The notes: a model not told the origin generated them from the sequence alone. A stretch of 32,000 nt of DNA from Candidatus Saccharimonadota bacterium (GCF_000973505.1 NZ_CP010048.1:630001-662000); one strand, 5' to 3'. Positions 1 to 10,831 are shown, counted from the stretch's first letter. Made by a program: numbers and translations.

Positions 1-624
1 ATTAAAAAATACTACCCTCTAGATACTATTTTTATAAAAAACCAACAAAATTGCATGAATTTAAATAACAACACACAGTGGATAATTAATCCATTAGATA
101 GTCAAACTAACTTTATAAAACATATTCCATATTTTGCATCATCTATCGCTGTTCAAATCAAAGGAAAAACAGAAATTTCAGTAGTATACGATCCTATCCA
201 TAACGATCTATTCATCGCCAGCAAAGGACAAGGCACTCAACTAAATGGTTATCGAATTCATAATTATATTACTAAACAACTGATACACAACTATGAAATT
301 ATAACTTATTTTCCATATTATAACAAAGAACACACTACTATAATGCATACATTAAATAATAAACTATACACCATAAAACATGATATAGATTTTCGATATA
401 GTGGCGCTATTACACTAGATTTCGCATACGTTGCTGCTGGTCGCATTAGTGCGATATTTGCAAGTAATCTAAATACATACAATTTTACCAGTGGTGCACT
501 CCTCATACAAGAAGCAGGAGGATTAATACTAAATTTAAATCAACATAAAATATCCAACAACACATCCAAAAACATTATTGCTGGCAGCCCAGCATTAATA
601 AAATTAATAATCGCTAAAAATTAA
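1..624 (+). CDS. suhB: SuhB / inositol monophosphatase-family protein; 5' end lies upstream of the window and catalytic motifs are degenerate
   Basis: Frame 1 is open from base 1 (IKKYYPLDTIFIKNQQN...WIINPLDSQTNFIKHIPYFASSIAVQIKGKTEISVVYDP...GQGTQLNGYR...LDFAYVAAGR...IQEAGG). It is collinear with remembered E. coli SuhB from about residue 55 to the C-terminus. The ATG at 55 in the ORF track is internal. Stop at 622-624. Confidence 0.85.
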   Translation: MKKYYPLDTIFIKNQQNCMNLNNNTQWIINPLDSQTNFIKHIPYFASSIAVQIKGKTEISVVYDPIHNDLFIASKGQGTQLNGYRIHNYITKQLIHNYEIITYFPYYNKEHTTIMHTLNNKLYTIKHDIDFRYSGAITLDFAYVAAGRISAIFASNLNTYNFTSGALLIQEAGGLILNLNQHKISNNTSKNIIAGSPALIKLIIAKN

Positions 625-1007
625 TATTTATATTTTGCATTTTATAATAAAAAATACAACAAATACCAAACAAACAATAACCATTGTTATACTAACTAAT
701 TGTATAATTATACCAATTATATTACAACAATATAATCAAATAAAATCTTTAAATAAAAAGATAACATTCAAGACAAACAACAAAATTACCATACAACCAA
801 TATTTAATTACATCGAATACAAATTAAAACACACATATAGTTAATATATAACAATATATATAATATATAATGAAATTTCAGAAAATGAAAAACAAGACAT
901 AACACTCATTATAAAATAAATCAATGCAACACAATAAATACATAAATTAAAAGATATTAACTACAGACATACACTAAATGAACAAAATAATCTGAAATAT
1001 TACTACA

Positions 1008-2261
1008 CTAAATATATACTGGATAACGCTCACAAATATTTAACACATGTTTTTTAATAACATGCATGCAGTCCTTATCATTGATATTTTCTAACATATC
1101 GCATATCCAATCAGCAACATTAGATACATCATGAATACCCAACCCACGACGAGTAACTGCCGCAGTACCAATTCGTACTCCAGATGTAATATAGGGAGGA
1201 TGACAATCATTCGGAATAACATTTTTGTTAACAATGATATTAATTTCTCCTAAAATGCTTTCAGCTGCTCTTCCAGTTAAATTCTTATTCATTAAATCCA
1301 ACAAAAATAAATGATTACTAGTACAACCAGAAACCACTTTAAAGTTTCGAAATAAAAATACTTTAACCATAGCCTGTGAATTTTTAACAATCTGATGTTG
1401 ATATACTTTGAACTCATCGCTCATTGCTTCCCGTAAAGCAATCGCTTTAGCAGCAATAACATGCATTAATGGTCCACCTTGAGAACCAGGAAATACCGAA
1501 GAATCAATTTTTTTATATAATCTTTCATCACCGCATGACGATAAAATCAAACCACCCCTAGGACCAGCTAATGTTTTATGTGTAGTTGTAGTCACCACAT
1601 GAGCATACGGTAATGGATTAGGATATATATCAGCAACGACCAAACCAGCAACATGAGCCATATCAACTAATAAATAAGCGCCAACATTATCAGAAATTCT
1701 ACGCATCTCTTGCCAATCACAAATCCCAGAATAAGAAGAAAAACCGCCAATAATCATTTTAGGGCGATACATTTTTGACAAATCAAATAATCTCTCATAA
1801 TCAATATGCCCATTATTGTCTACACCATAAAAAACCGATCTATACAATTTTCCCGAAAAATTCACTGAAGAACCATGAGTTAAATGCCCACCATGCATTA
1901 AATCCATTCCTAAAATAACGTCACCAGGATTTAACAAAGCATTATAAACCGCAAAATTCGCTTGAGAACCTGAATGAGGTTGAACATTAACGTATTCAGC
2001 ACCAAACAAAGATTTGGCACGATTAATACTTAATTGTTCTATAACATCAACGTACTCACAACCACCATAATAACGCTTTCCTGTATACCCTTCAGCATAC
2101 TTATTGGTTAATTGAGATCCTTGTGCCTCCAGAACACGAGTGGTGACATAATTTTCAGAAGCTATTAATTCTAAATGTTCCTCCTGCCGTACACGTTCCC
2201 GTTGCATGGCCTCCCATAACTCCGGATCGTAAGTATCTATCTTTTCAATACTTTTCAACAT
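1008..2261 (-). CDS. glyA: Serine hydroxymethyltransferase
   Basis: End-to-end similarity to enterobacterial GlyA ([40 protein letters not shown]-lysine motif [15 protein letters not shown]-terminal ERYPVY). I moved the start to the in-frame ATG at 2261 ([16 protein letters not shown] matches the GlyA N-terminus and gives 417 aa). The 12 extra codons in the track are spacer read-through. Confidence 0.95.
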   Translation of the reverse strand: MLKSIEKIDTYDPELWEAMQRERVRQEEHLELIASENYVTTRVLEAQGSQLTNKYAEGYTGKRYYGGCEYVDVIEQLSINRAKSLFGAEYVNVQPHSGSQANFAVYNALLNPGDVILGMDLMHGGHLTHGSSVNFSGKLYRSVFYGVDNNGHIDYERLFDLSKMYRPKMIIGGFSSYSGICDWQEMRRISDNVGAYLLVDMAHVAGLVVADIYPNPLPYAHVVTTTTHKTLAGPRGGLILSSCGDERLYKKIDSSVFPGSQGGPLMHVIAAKAIALREAMSDEFKVYQHQIVKNSQAMVKVFLFRNFKVVSGCTSNHLFLLDLMNKNLTGRAAESILGEINIIVNKNVIPNDCHPPYITSGVRIGTAAVTRRGLGIHDVSNVADWICDMLENINDKDCMHVIKKHVLNICERYPVYI

Positions 2262-2543
2262 ACAATTTTCCCAAACGTTAAAAAATATATTTAACAACTA
2301 AATTATAACCACATACTAAACATATCATTTTTTAAACACATAATGCAAAATATTATAAATGTATAATTTAAAACACTACCATAAAAAACATTTTATCATG
2401 TAACATACTATCTTTAATATATTCTAAAATATAGCAAATAATTATAAGTACTGGAATGTTTTTAACATACAAACTACTAAAAATAATTTTTTTACACCGC
2501 AAATAAAAAATCTTTTTAACACATCTAACATATAATCATATAA

Positions 2544-2576
2544 TATATACGTTATCTAAATATATACGTTATCTAA
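2544..2576. repeat. Tandem direct repeat, two 16-nt copies of tatatacgttatctaa with 17-nt period
   Basis: Identical 16-mers at 2544-2559 and 2561-2576, separated by one base, inside the long glyA-tadA spacer. Confidence 0.7.
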
Positions 2577-3013
2577 TGTAAAATATTAAACGATTTACAC
2601 GATATATAACACAACCATACATATCAAAAAAATTACCCGCAAACTAACATACAATTATTTAATATTTAATATAATCGATATAATATGCTTAATATATCTT
2701 AAAACAAATAACAAAAAAACTGACAATGATTCTTAAACAACGTATAACATATATATACCACCAATTAAAACAACTAACAAAAAATATCCCAATAAAATAA
2801 CATTCAATACAAATACATCTCTTCTATTTACTATGTTAAAAACAAAAAACACTAAAATAGAAATATCTTTTTTATATATAAATTACAAATAAAATGAATT
2901 TAATCTATGATCAAATTTAAAGAATATTTTTATATTACACAACCACAAACCACATATACTAAAAAAATTAATCACTGTAATTTAAGATAAAGACTGTTAA
3001 TGGTAACATCTAT

Positions 3014-3493
3014 TTATAAAGAAAAATTTTTCTTTCTTTTATTACAAAAAAAACCAGCTATTTGGTTAGAACATAATTTTTGCAATACACCGCCAGTAAA
3101 AACAATACGATGATTAAACATAACACGATCTAAACTTCCTTTGTGTGAAACTAACACACCCCCCTTCGAATTTTTAGCACCAAACACTAACCGAAAGATA
3201 CGCGCATGAATCATTGCACCAAAACACATAATACATGGTTCTAAAGTTACATAAAGAGTTGTATGCAATAAACGATAGTTCCTAATCACTTTTCCAGCTT
3301 GTCGCAAAGCCATAACCTCTGCATGTGCGGTAGGATCATTACAAGTAATAGAACTATTCCATCCTTCACCAATAATGCAACCATCTAACACTAAAACAGC
3401 ACCAATTGATATCTCACCACGAGACACCGCACGATCAGCTAACATTATAGCATAACGCATCCATATTTTATCATCAGGCAACTCATAACACAT
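3014..3493 (-). CDS. tadA: tRNA-specific adenosine deaminase
   Basis: CDA-fold motifs are present (TAHAEVMALRQ and LYVTLEPCIMCFGAM), and it is collinear with E. coli TadA. I set the start at the ATG at 3493 (MCYELPDDKIWMRYAI). The 27 upstream codons in the track (MLFFVAVLLCLVVYCCCC...) are a translated T/G-rich spacer. Confidence 0.9.
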   Translation of the reverse strand: MCYELPDDKIWMRYAIMLADRAVSRGEISIGAVLVLDGCIIGEGWNSSITCNDPTAHAEVMALRQAGKVIRNYRLLHTTLYVTLEPCIMCFGAMIHARIFRLVFGAKNSKGGVLVSHKGSLDRVMFNHRIVFTGGVLQKLCSNQIAGFFCNKRKKNFSL

Positions 3494-3700
3494 CAAATTT
3501 CTCAAAAACAAAAAAAATAAACAACAACAACAATATACTACTAAACATAATAATACTGCAACAAAAAATAACACACTATTGAATACTTCACAAAAAATAA
3601 AAAAAATTATATTACAAACAGAAATTACAACACTCTATTAATTATATATCATGAAACTCTCCAAATAATCATCAATAAATCACAAAAACTACTAATCATA

Positions 3701-4078
3701 CTACCGTTCAAAAATAACCACCGCGAACACATAATAATTATCATCCGATAAAGTTACATGCGTTCTAGATAAAGATAATTTTTCAAATAAAGATTTTGCA
3801 TACGATAACAACCTTAATACAGGTTTTCCGTATGTATCATGCAACACCTCAAAATGACGAAAAAATAAACCCTCACTCACTCCTGTGCCAAAAGCTTTAG
3901 ACGCAGCTTCCTTAACAGCAAATCGCTTTGCTAAAAAATGTATTGGATATTTACTACTCTTGTATCTCGTTAATTCAAACCTACTTAGAATCCTTTCAGC
4001 AAATCGATCACCTGACCGAAATATAATTTCCCTTACTCGATTAACCTCAACAAAATCTATACCAATTCCATAAATCAC
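3701..4078 (-). CDS. acpS: Holo-[acyl-carrier-protein] synthase
   Basis: 125 aa, with GIGIDFVEV and FLAKRFAVKEAASKAFGTG matching AcpS. It starts 6 nt after the pdxJ stop, as in the enterobacterial pdxJ-acpS pair. Confidence 0.9.
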   Translation of the reverse strand: MIYGIGIDFVEVNRVREIIFRSGDRFAERILSRFELTRYKSSKYPIHFLAKRFAVKEAASKAFGTGVSEGLFFRHFEVLHDTYGKPVLRLLSYAKSLFEKLSLSRTHVTLSDDNYYVFAVVIFER

Positions 4079-4084
4079 AATTCA

Positions 4085-4810
4085 CTAACTCCTAACAGAT
4101 TGTATTACATTCTTCATATCTTGAACCGCTGAAAATAGTCCGTAAAAAACGGAACGAGCAATAATAGCATGACCAATATGCAACATGTATAAAGATAACC
4201 CCGAAAATAATTTCACATTACGATAATTTAAACCATGACCTGCATTTACCCTTAAACCACAACTAATTGCATATTCAACACACTCTTTAATATATTCAAA
4301 TTCTGGTATACTAATTACACTCCTATGATCCGAAACATATGGACCCGTGTGTAATTCTATACAAGACACCCCAAGATCTCGAGCAATAGAAATCTGTTCT
4401 TTATCAATATCTAAAAATAAAGAAACATCTATTCCCACAGATTTTAACTGAGAAACAACAACAAATAATCTGTCTCGATTAGATAATAGATCTAATCCAG
4501 ATTCAGTCGTAATCTCACAACGATTCTCAGGCACCAAACAACAAAAATCCGGTTTGAGTTTACAAGCAACGGAAATCATCTCCTCTGTCGGAGCAATCTC
4601 TAAATTCATATTCGTTTGTATTATCTTTTTCAACAAAAACACATCACGATCAGTAATATGACGCCTATCTTCTCTTAAATGTACAGTAATAGTGTCTGCT
4701 CCAGCTTGTTCCGCAATAAATGCACCCTGTACTGGATCTGGATAAGAAGTACCACGAACATTCCGCAACGTAGCAATATGATCAATATTAACACCTAATA
4801 ACACAGACAT
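4085..4810 (-). CDS. pdxJ: Pyridoxine 5'-phosphate synthase
   Basis: LLGVNIDHIATLRNVRG, ITVHLREDRRHITDRD and VNAGHGLNY match PdxJ. I set the start at the ATG at 4810 (MSVLLGVN, 241 aa), preceded by a gagg Shine-Dalgarno. The 47 upstream codons in the track are spacer read-through. Confidence 0.93.
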   Translation of the reverse strand: MSVLLGVNIDHIATLRNVRGTSYPDPVQGAFIAEQAGADTITVHLREDRRHITDRDVFLLKKIIQTNMNLEIAPTEEMISVACKLKPDFCCLVPENRCEITTESGLDLLSNRDRLFVVVSQLKSVGIDVSLFLDIDKEQISIARDLGVSCIELHTGPYVSDHRSVISIPEFEYIKECVEYAISCGLRVNAGHGLNYRNVKLFSGLSLYMLHIGHAIIARSVFYGLFSAVQDMKNVIQSVRS

Positions 4811-5043
4811 ATTTATTACCTCTGAATATGTTATATTGCAATTAAAAAATGTAACAAAAACACAAAACAAAACAAACTTGCCAACATATACAACAATACA
4901 AACAACAAAAAACACTACAACGCATAATAAAACAGCATGACCAAAAATCACCCCAATTTTATAAAAAATTACAATTGACTGTGTTGTATAATATCATACA
5001 TCAAATAAAACACAAATAAAGGCTATAACACTATTCGAATATT

Positions 5044-5730
5044 TTAAACCGAAACCTCTAAAATTCTAAGAACACAACTAGCTGCGTCTTGTTCAGCTCT
5101 TCTTCGACTAGATCCACATCCAATAACCGGAGATTTTAAACCATATACTTGACAATAAACAATAAATTTTTGATTATGCGACTCACCAGTAATTTGACTG
5201 ATCCAGTATATTGGCAAAGGATAACGATGATATTGTAAGTATTCTTGCAGACGAGTTTTTGGATCCTTCTGTTGATCACCAGGCATAATTAAAGTTAAAC
5301 GCACCATATACCAATTAACAATCACTTTCTCTACAACATAAATATCACTATCTAAAAAAATAGCACCTATTAATGCCTCTATTGTATCAGACAAAATAGA
5401 TTCTCGCTGAGCACCTCCTGTTTTTAACTCTCCATACCCTAAACAAAGACAATCCCCTATAGAAAAATTACGAGCTATTTCCGCTAAAGTATGTTCTTGT
5501 ACTAAAGATGCCCGCATCCTACTCATATCACCTTCAGTAACACTTGGAAATTTCTGATATAAAACATACGCAATAACATAATTTAAAATACTATCACCTA
5601 AAAATTCTAAACGTTCATTATGTGTATTACTAGCACTACAATGTGTCATTGCTTGAATAAGCAATTCACACTTCTTAAAAATATATCCAATATCTTTTTG
5701 CAATTTATTCAATAAAGAAGTCGAAATCAT
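5044..5730 (-). CDS. rnc: Ribonuclease III
   Basis: The RNase III signature [14 protein letters not shown] is present, along with the catalytic [14 protein letters not shown], a dsRBD and C-terminal [11 protein letters not shown]. Full length is 228 aa. Confidence 0.95.
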   Translation of the reverse strand: MISTSLLNKLQKDIGYIFKKCELLIQAMTHCSASNTHNERLEFLGDSILNYVIAYVLYQKFPSVTEGDMSRMRASLVQEHTLAEIARNFSIGDCLCLGYGELKTGGAQRESILSDTIEALIGAIFLDSDIYVVEKVIVNWYMVRLTLIMPGDQQKDPKTRLQEYLQYHRYPLPIYWISQITGESHNQKFIVYCQVYGLKSPVIGCGSSRRRAEQDAASCVLRILEVSV

Positions 5731-5784
5731 ATTTCTAATATATCTGACATATACTGTAAATAATATGACATAATGTCATCACAA

Positions 5785-6804
5785 TTAATAAATTTTTCCA
5801 AATCTATGAAACCTAATTATAATCGGCCAATTGTCACCCTGTTTTTTCTCAAAACTAAACCAAATAATAATTGCTTTACCTACCAAATTTTTTTCAGGAA
5901 CAAAACCCCAATAACGACTATCTGCACTATTATCACGATTATCACCCAACATAAAGTATTCACCAACAGGTACAATCCATTCAGATATAAATTCATCTAA
6001 TTGTTCTTTATTGTGCACTTTAGTTGAAAAATTATAAGAACCGGGCGCTAGAACAGTTAAAATATTATGCACAACACCATCAAATGATTCTGAACTTTGC
6101 ATCAAACGAATACCGTTATTAACTATTTTATCAGAAGAAAAATGATAAAAATCACTAACAATATCTCCATTATTAAAATTAAAAATTTGAAAAAAATTAC
6201 TTAAAAAAATATTCGTGTAAGTAATAGATATAGGTTTATTTACATCATTACCTTCTTTCATAACATTTTTTGGATAAATAATTAATTCTTTAGAAAGCGA
6301 ATTATAAATCACACGATCACCCGGTAAACCAACAACACGCTTAATATAATCTAATTTTGTATTAAGTGGATACTTAAAAACTACTACATCTCCACGTTTG
6401 GGTTGACCCACTCTAACTAATACACTTTGAGTTACAGGATTTTTAATGCCGTAACAAAATTTATTCACCAAAATAAAATCACCTGCCAACAATGTTGGCA
6501 TCATAGAACCAGAAGGTATTTGAAACGGTTCAAAAATAAACGATCGAACTATAAAAACAAAAAATAATACAGGAAAAAGAGATGCACAAAAATCAAAAAA
6601 ATAATTTACAAAATAACAAAATATCTTTTGTATAAAACGAAACAATCTCCATTGTCTCAAAATATTATGAAATGAAAAAAAATGTTTTAACTTATACTGT
6701 AAAAATGAATAAACATAACTACCTATATCAAAATATTTAACAATCCAACACAAACCACTAAAAAATGTACAAATCATTAAAATTAAAGCAAACAAATTAA
6801 ACAT
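5785..6804 (-). CDS. lepB: Signal peptidase I
   Basis: MFNLFALIL is a LepB-like N-terminus. The catalytic Ser box is FQIPSGSMMPTLL, the Lys box is LDYIKRVVGLPGD, and the C-terminal box is GDNRDNSADSRYWGFVP. Confidence 0.95.
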   Translation of the reverse strand: MFNLFALILMICTFFSGLCWIVKYFDIGSYVYSFLQYKLKHFFSFHNILRQWRLFRFIQKIFCYFVNYFFDFCASLFPVLFFVFIVRSFIFEPFQIPSGSMMPTLLAGDFILVNKFCYGIKNPVTQSVLVRVGQPKRGDVVVFKYPLNTKLDYIKRVVGLPGDRVIYNSLSKELIIYPKNVMKEGNDVNKPISITYTNIFLSNFFQIFNFNNGDIVSDFYHFSSDKIVNNGIRLMQSSESFDGVVHNILTVLAPGSYNFSTKVHNKEQLDEFISEWIVPVGEYFMLGDNRDNSADSRYWGFVPEKNLVGKAIIIWFSFEKKQGDNWPIIIRFHRFGKIY

Positions 6805-6842
6805 CTATATATTCCTTAAATTACTTAATATAAAATAATTCA

Positions 6843-8636
6843 CTACTTTTTATTAATATTCAAAATACCCAAAAAAATCTCTCTTGACAACTTAACGTTA
6901 CCAATATGTCGCATACGTTTCTTACCTGCTTTCTGTTTACTTAACAATTTTCGTTTTCTAGTAACATCACCACCATAACATTTCGCTACAACATTTTTCC
7001 GTAACTGCTTAACCAATGAACGAACAATAACACGATGACCAATTAACGCCTGAATAACAATATCAAATTGTTGACGAGGTATCAAACACTGTAATTGATC
7101 AACAAACTTTTTTGCTCTAACAAAAGCCTTCATACGATGTGAAATAAAAGACAACATATCAATACGTTTACTATTAATCAATATTTCTACACATACTATA
7201 TCTGCACATTGAAAATGACTAAATTCATATTCTAACGATGCATAACCACGTGATACAGACTTGGCACGATCAAAAAAATCTAAAACTATTTCAGATAAAG
7301 GCAATTGATAAACTAAAATAACTTGAGTATTATGATATAAAATATTAACTTGAATACCGCGTTTTTCAATACAAAGTGCAATCAAATCCCCAATATATTG
7401 CTTAGGTGATAATATGTTACAAATAACAATTGGTTCACGTAATTCTCTAATATTCATTATATCTAATAATTTCGTAGGAGTATCAATACATATTACATTA
7501 TTATCCCTAGTTACAACCTCATAAGCTACTATAGGAGGAGTTACAACTAAACAAATCTTATATTCACGTTCTAATCTTTCTTTTATAATTTCCATATGTA
7601 ACAAACCTAAAAAACCACAACGAAAACCAAACCCCAGTAACGAAGAATGCTCAGGCACATAAAACAAAGCCGAATCATTTAAACTAAGCTTATGAAAAGC
7701 ATCACGAAAATTTGCTTGATCATTTGAGTTAACAGGAAATAAACCAGCATATACATATGGCGTAACCTTCTTAAACCCCTGCAATACTTCACTTGCAGGA
7801 CGAGATGACAATGTTAACGTATCTCCCACTCGAACAGAAAAAACATTCTTAATAGAACCAACCACCCAACCTACTTCACCACAATTTAATACTGTTTTTT
7901 CAACCCGCTTAGGAGTAAAAATACCTAATTGATCAATACTATAAATTTCCTGTGTGCTCATTACTTTAATTTTATCACCTTTATGCAATATCCCATTTTT
8001 TACACGAATTAACACAACTACCCCTAAATAATTATCAAACCAAGAATCAATAATTAATGCCTGTAATGGAGCCTCTAAATCACCACATGGTGACGGAATA
8101 TAATGAATTAACGATTCCAGTAAATCTACTATACCTAAACCTGTTTTAGCAGAACACCATACTACATACTGTGAATCAATCCCAATAATATCCTCAATAT
8201 CTTTAGAAACACGATCAGGATCTGCCATCGGTAAATCAATTTTATTTATAGCTACCACGATTTTCAAATTCATAGACATAGCTGTTTGACAGTGAGATAA
8301 AGTTTGCGCTTCAATGCCCTGCACAGCATCTACAACTAATAATGCACCCTCACAAGCTGCTAAAGAACGAGAAACTTCATAAGAAAAATCAACATGACCA
8401 GGAGTATCAATAAAATTTAATTGGTATATCTGATTATTATTAAATTTATAATTTAGAGTAACACTCTGTGCTTTGATAGTGATACCACGTTCACGCTCCA
8501 ACTCCATGGAATCAAGTACTTGAGATACCATATTTCGCTTATGTAAACCCCCACACATCTGTATAAGACGATCAGATAATGTTGATTTTCCATGATCAAT
8601 ATGAGCAATAATTGAAAAATTTCGTATATTTTTCAT
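6843..8636 (-). CDS. lepA: Elongation factor 4 (translational GTPase LepA)
   Basis: [26 protein letters not shown] is near-identical to the E. coli LepA N-terminus. The G motifs DTPGH and NKID are present, and the C-terminus is [15 protein letters not shown] set the start at the ATG at 8636 (597 aa). The 14 upstream codons in the track have no homology. Confidence 0.95.
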   Translation of the reverse strand: MKNIRNFSIIAHIDHGKSTLSDRLIQMCGGLHKRNMVSQVLDSMELERERGITIKAQSVTLNYKFNNNQIYQLNFIDTPGHVDFSYEVSRSLAACEGALLVVDAVQGIEAQTLSHCQTAMSMNLKIVVAINKIDLPMADPDRVSKDIEDIIGIDSQYVVWCSAKTGLGIVDLLESLIHYIPSPCGDLEAPLQALIIDSWFDNYLGVVVLIRVKNGILHKGDKIKVMSTQEIYSIDQLGIFTPKRVEKTVLNCGEVGWVVGSIKNVFSVRVGDTLTLSSRPASEVLQGFKKVTPYVYAGLFPVNSNDQANFRDAFHKLSLNDSALFYVPEHSSLLGFGFRCGFLGLLHMEIIKERLEREYKICLVVTPPIVAYEVVTRDNNVICIDTPTKLLDIMNIRELREPIVICNILSPKQYIGDLIALCIEKRGIQVNILYHNTQVILVYQLPLSEIVLDFFDRAKSVSRGYASLEYEFSHFQCADIVCVEILINSKRIDMLSFISHRMKAFVRAKKFVDQLQCLIPRQQFDIVIQALIGHRVIVRSLVKQLRKNVVAKCYGGDVTRKRKLLSKQKAGKKRMRHIGNVKLSREIFLGILNINKK

Positions 8637-8857
8637 AAATTTAATGATTATTTCTCTTGCATTCTGTGTTACTCTCATTATCTAAAAATATTAAATGAAT
8701 CAGGGTTATTCTACTGAAAAAATTTACAATAACCAATTATCATGCTTCAACAAATATATTAATAAACCATAAATATTTAAAATATTTACCTAAAATACAT
8801 AATTATTACAATCATTAGTTATACTCAAAATACTAAATACTTCATACTACAACTACA

Positions 8858-9532
8858 ATGAAACTATTAACTTGGAAAAGTGTCTTGTCTTCAGAAAAAT
8901 CTAAACTATACTTTAAAAACATATTTAATTACATTAACCAACGAAAATCGCAAGGTATTATTATTTATCCAGAACAACGATATATTTTTCATGCGTTAAA
9001 ACTTACCCCATTCCAAAAAGTTAAAGTTGTAATCATAGGACAAGATCCCTATCATCAACCTAATCAAGCACATGGTCTAGCTTTTTCAGTACAACCTGGC
9101 ATAACTATTCCCCCATCATTAATGAATATTTACAAAGAACTTTCATCCGATATTTCAACATTTGTTATTCCTAAACATGGCTGTTTAGAAAGTTGGGCCA
9201 AAGAGGGAGTCTTACTATTAAACAGTATATTAACTGTTGAAGCAGGAAAAACTTGTTCCCATGCTAATATAGGATGGGAACAATTTACTGATAAAATTAT
9301 CGATGTGCTAAATACCAAAAAAAACAAACTTATTTTTCTCTTATGGGGAAAATATGCTCAAAAAAAAGGAAATATTATCAATAATAAAAATCACTATATT
9401 CTAAAAACTTCACATCCCTCACCTCTATCTGCACAATTCAGTTTTTTCGGCTGCAAACATTTCTCTAAAACAAATTACCTACTAACAATAAATAATCAAA
9501 ACAAAATAAATTGGCAACCAAGATTATTATAA
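8858..9532 (+). CDS. ung: Uracil-DNA glycosylase
   Basis: The family-1 UDG motifs are VVIIGQDPYH (catalytic Asp), GVLLLN and SHPSPLSA (catalytic His). It is collinear with E. coli Ung. Confidence 0.93.
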   Translation: MKLLTWKSVLSSEKSKLYFKNIFNYINQRKSQGIIIYPEQRYIFHALKLTPFQKVKVVIIGQDPYHQPNQAHGLAFSVQPGITIPPSLMNIYKELSSDISTFVIPKHGCLESWAKEGVLLLNSILTVEAGKTCSHANIGWEQFTDKIIDVLNTKKNKLIFLLWGKYAQKKGNIINNKNHYILKTSHPSPLSAQFSFFGCKHFSKTNYLLTINNQNKINWQPRLL

Positions 9533-9859
9533 AAATCTACTCAAATATTTTACCCAAATATACAAAGACCAACTTCACATAAAAAAACATCCACATGAAA
9601 CTATTTGTAACAACACAACATCATGTAATTATAATTACTACCAAGCTCCTACAAACAACAATTTTCACAAATATAATAAAAAATACACAAAACCATTCAC
9701 TTCAACATACACTACCACCCACCACACATATCTTACCTTACATTAACTAAAACATAACCCAGTTATACTAAAAAATATCATACTTGCTAAAATATTTAAT
9801 ACATTTAAATAATTTAATCCAACATAATAAAAAATGACACAATAAATTATGAAAATATA

Positions 9860-10459
9860 TTATTTAGATACAGTAACCATAGCAGGTCGAATTAATCTCC
9901 CATTTAATAAATATCCTTTTTGCATCACCGAAATAACATGATTGGATAAATAATCCTCAGACTCTAAAATAGACATTGCCTGATGTAATAATGGATCAAA
10001 AGGCACATTAACTTCACTAACAACCTTTAAACCAAATTTATGCACAGCATTCAACAATGATTTTAATGTCAACTCAATACCTTCAATAGTACTAATAAAC
10101 ATATCATTTGATCTATCTAACATATCTAACGCACGTTCTAAATTATCAATTACAGGTAATAATTCAACAAAAAAATGCTCTAGAGCAAATTTATGTGCTT
10201 TTTCTATATCTTGTTCACTTCGCCGACGTATATTTTCCATTTCTGCTTTTAAACGCAAAAAATTATTACGCTCACACTCTTTTGATTGTAATAATTCCAT
10301 TTCTAATTTTATAATCTTCTCATCTTTTAAATCTACAGTATCTATTTCTTTAGTTTCTTTAAGAAGAGTTTCTTCAGAAAGAATATCTTCCTTAGCAGCT
10401 AATTCAGAATTCTGTAAAAATTGATCATCAGAGTTATTTTGTATATCATTACTTATCAT
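9860..10459 (-). CDS. grpE: Nucleotide exchange factor GrpE
   Basis: [39 protein letters not shown] and [20 protein letters not shown] match GrpE. A ggaga Shine-Dalgarno lies about 8 nt upstream of the ATG. Confidence 0.93.
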   Translation of the reverse strand: MISNDIQNNSDDQFLQNSELAAKEDILSEETLLKETKEIDTVDLKDEKIIKLEMELLQSKECERNNFLRLKAEMENIRRRSEQDIEKAHKFALEHFFVELLPVIDNLERALDMLDRSNDMFISTIEGIELTLKSLLNAVHKFGLKVVSEVNVPFDPLLHQAMSILESEDYLSNHVISVMQKGYLLNGRLIRPAMVTVSK

Positions 10460-10498
10460 GAATTATCTCCACAACAAAAATTTTTCTTACATACAACT

Positions 10499-10527
10499 AT
10501 TATAGAGACGAACAAATAGGTATTCAA
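10499..10527 (-). promoter_or_regulatory. Candidate grpE promoter: TTGAAT-17 nt-TATAAT, overlapping a partial sigma32-like CTTGAAT-14 nt-CTCTATAA
   Basis: The minus strand reads ctcTTGAATacctatttgttcgtctcTATAATag. The -35 is at 10527-10522 and the -10 at 10504-10499, about 40 nt upstream of the grpE ATG. Confidence 0.5.
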
Positions 10528-10831
10528 GAGATCATATTTAACGAATTTCGATTTATAGAACATGAAATTATTCAAAAATAATTATTGTTTTACATACTAT
10601 TAACATCATTACATACTATTCACTTTTTAGTACATGAGAATTTTAACAACTTATTCACACACTATAATAGCATCAAATTAAATCAACACAAACATACATA
10701 TTTATACAACAAATAATATTATTTATGTGCAAAATAACATTATTTACAACATAAAAAATGTTATATATATCACTCCCATAAAAACACAAAAAACAAAAAA
10801 ATAAAATTTTATAATACAAATAAAAACATAA

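Noticed and set aside
635-844. A 69-aa plus-strand ORF (MHFIIKNTTNTKQT...) in the suhB-glyA spacer.
   Set aside because: It is a low-complexity Asn/Thr/Ile/Lys product of A-rich spacer. It has no Shine-Dalgarno and no recognisable motif. An open frame of this length is expected by chance in stop-poor A/C-rich sequence.
2268-2283. A cccaaacgttaaaa element upstream of glyA resembling the centre of a PurR operator (ACGCAAACGTTTGCGT).
   Set aside because: Only about 9 of 16 positions match, it overlaps the ribosome-binding region, and the outer GC arms are missing. The presence of purR is unknown.
2262-2297. N-terminal extensions in the ORF track for glyA (2262-2297), tadA (3494-3574), pdxJ (4811-4951) and lepA (8637-8678).
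   Set aside because: The extensions have no counterpart in the orthologous proteins and consist of Val/Phe/Cys/Leu runs from translated spacer. Internal ATGs reproduce the canonical N-termini and lengths.
3000-3012. The 13-mer atggtaacatcta is shared between 3000-3012 (next to the tadA stop) and 13533-13545 (upstream of the SMR gene).
   Set aside because: With this base composition, many exact 13-mer coincidences are expected in 32 kb. My rough estimate is on the order of a hundred. There is no extended similarity around the match.
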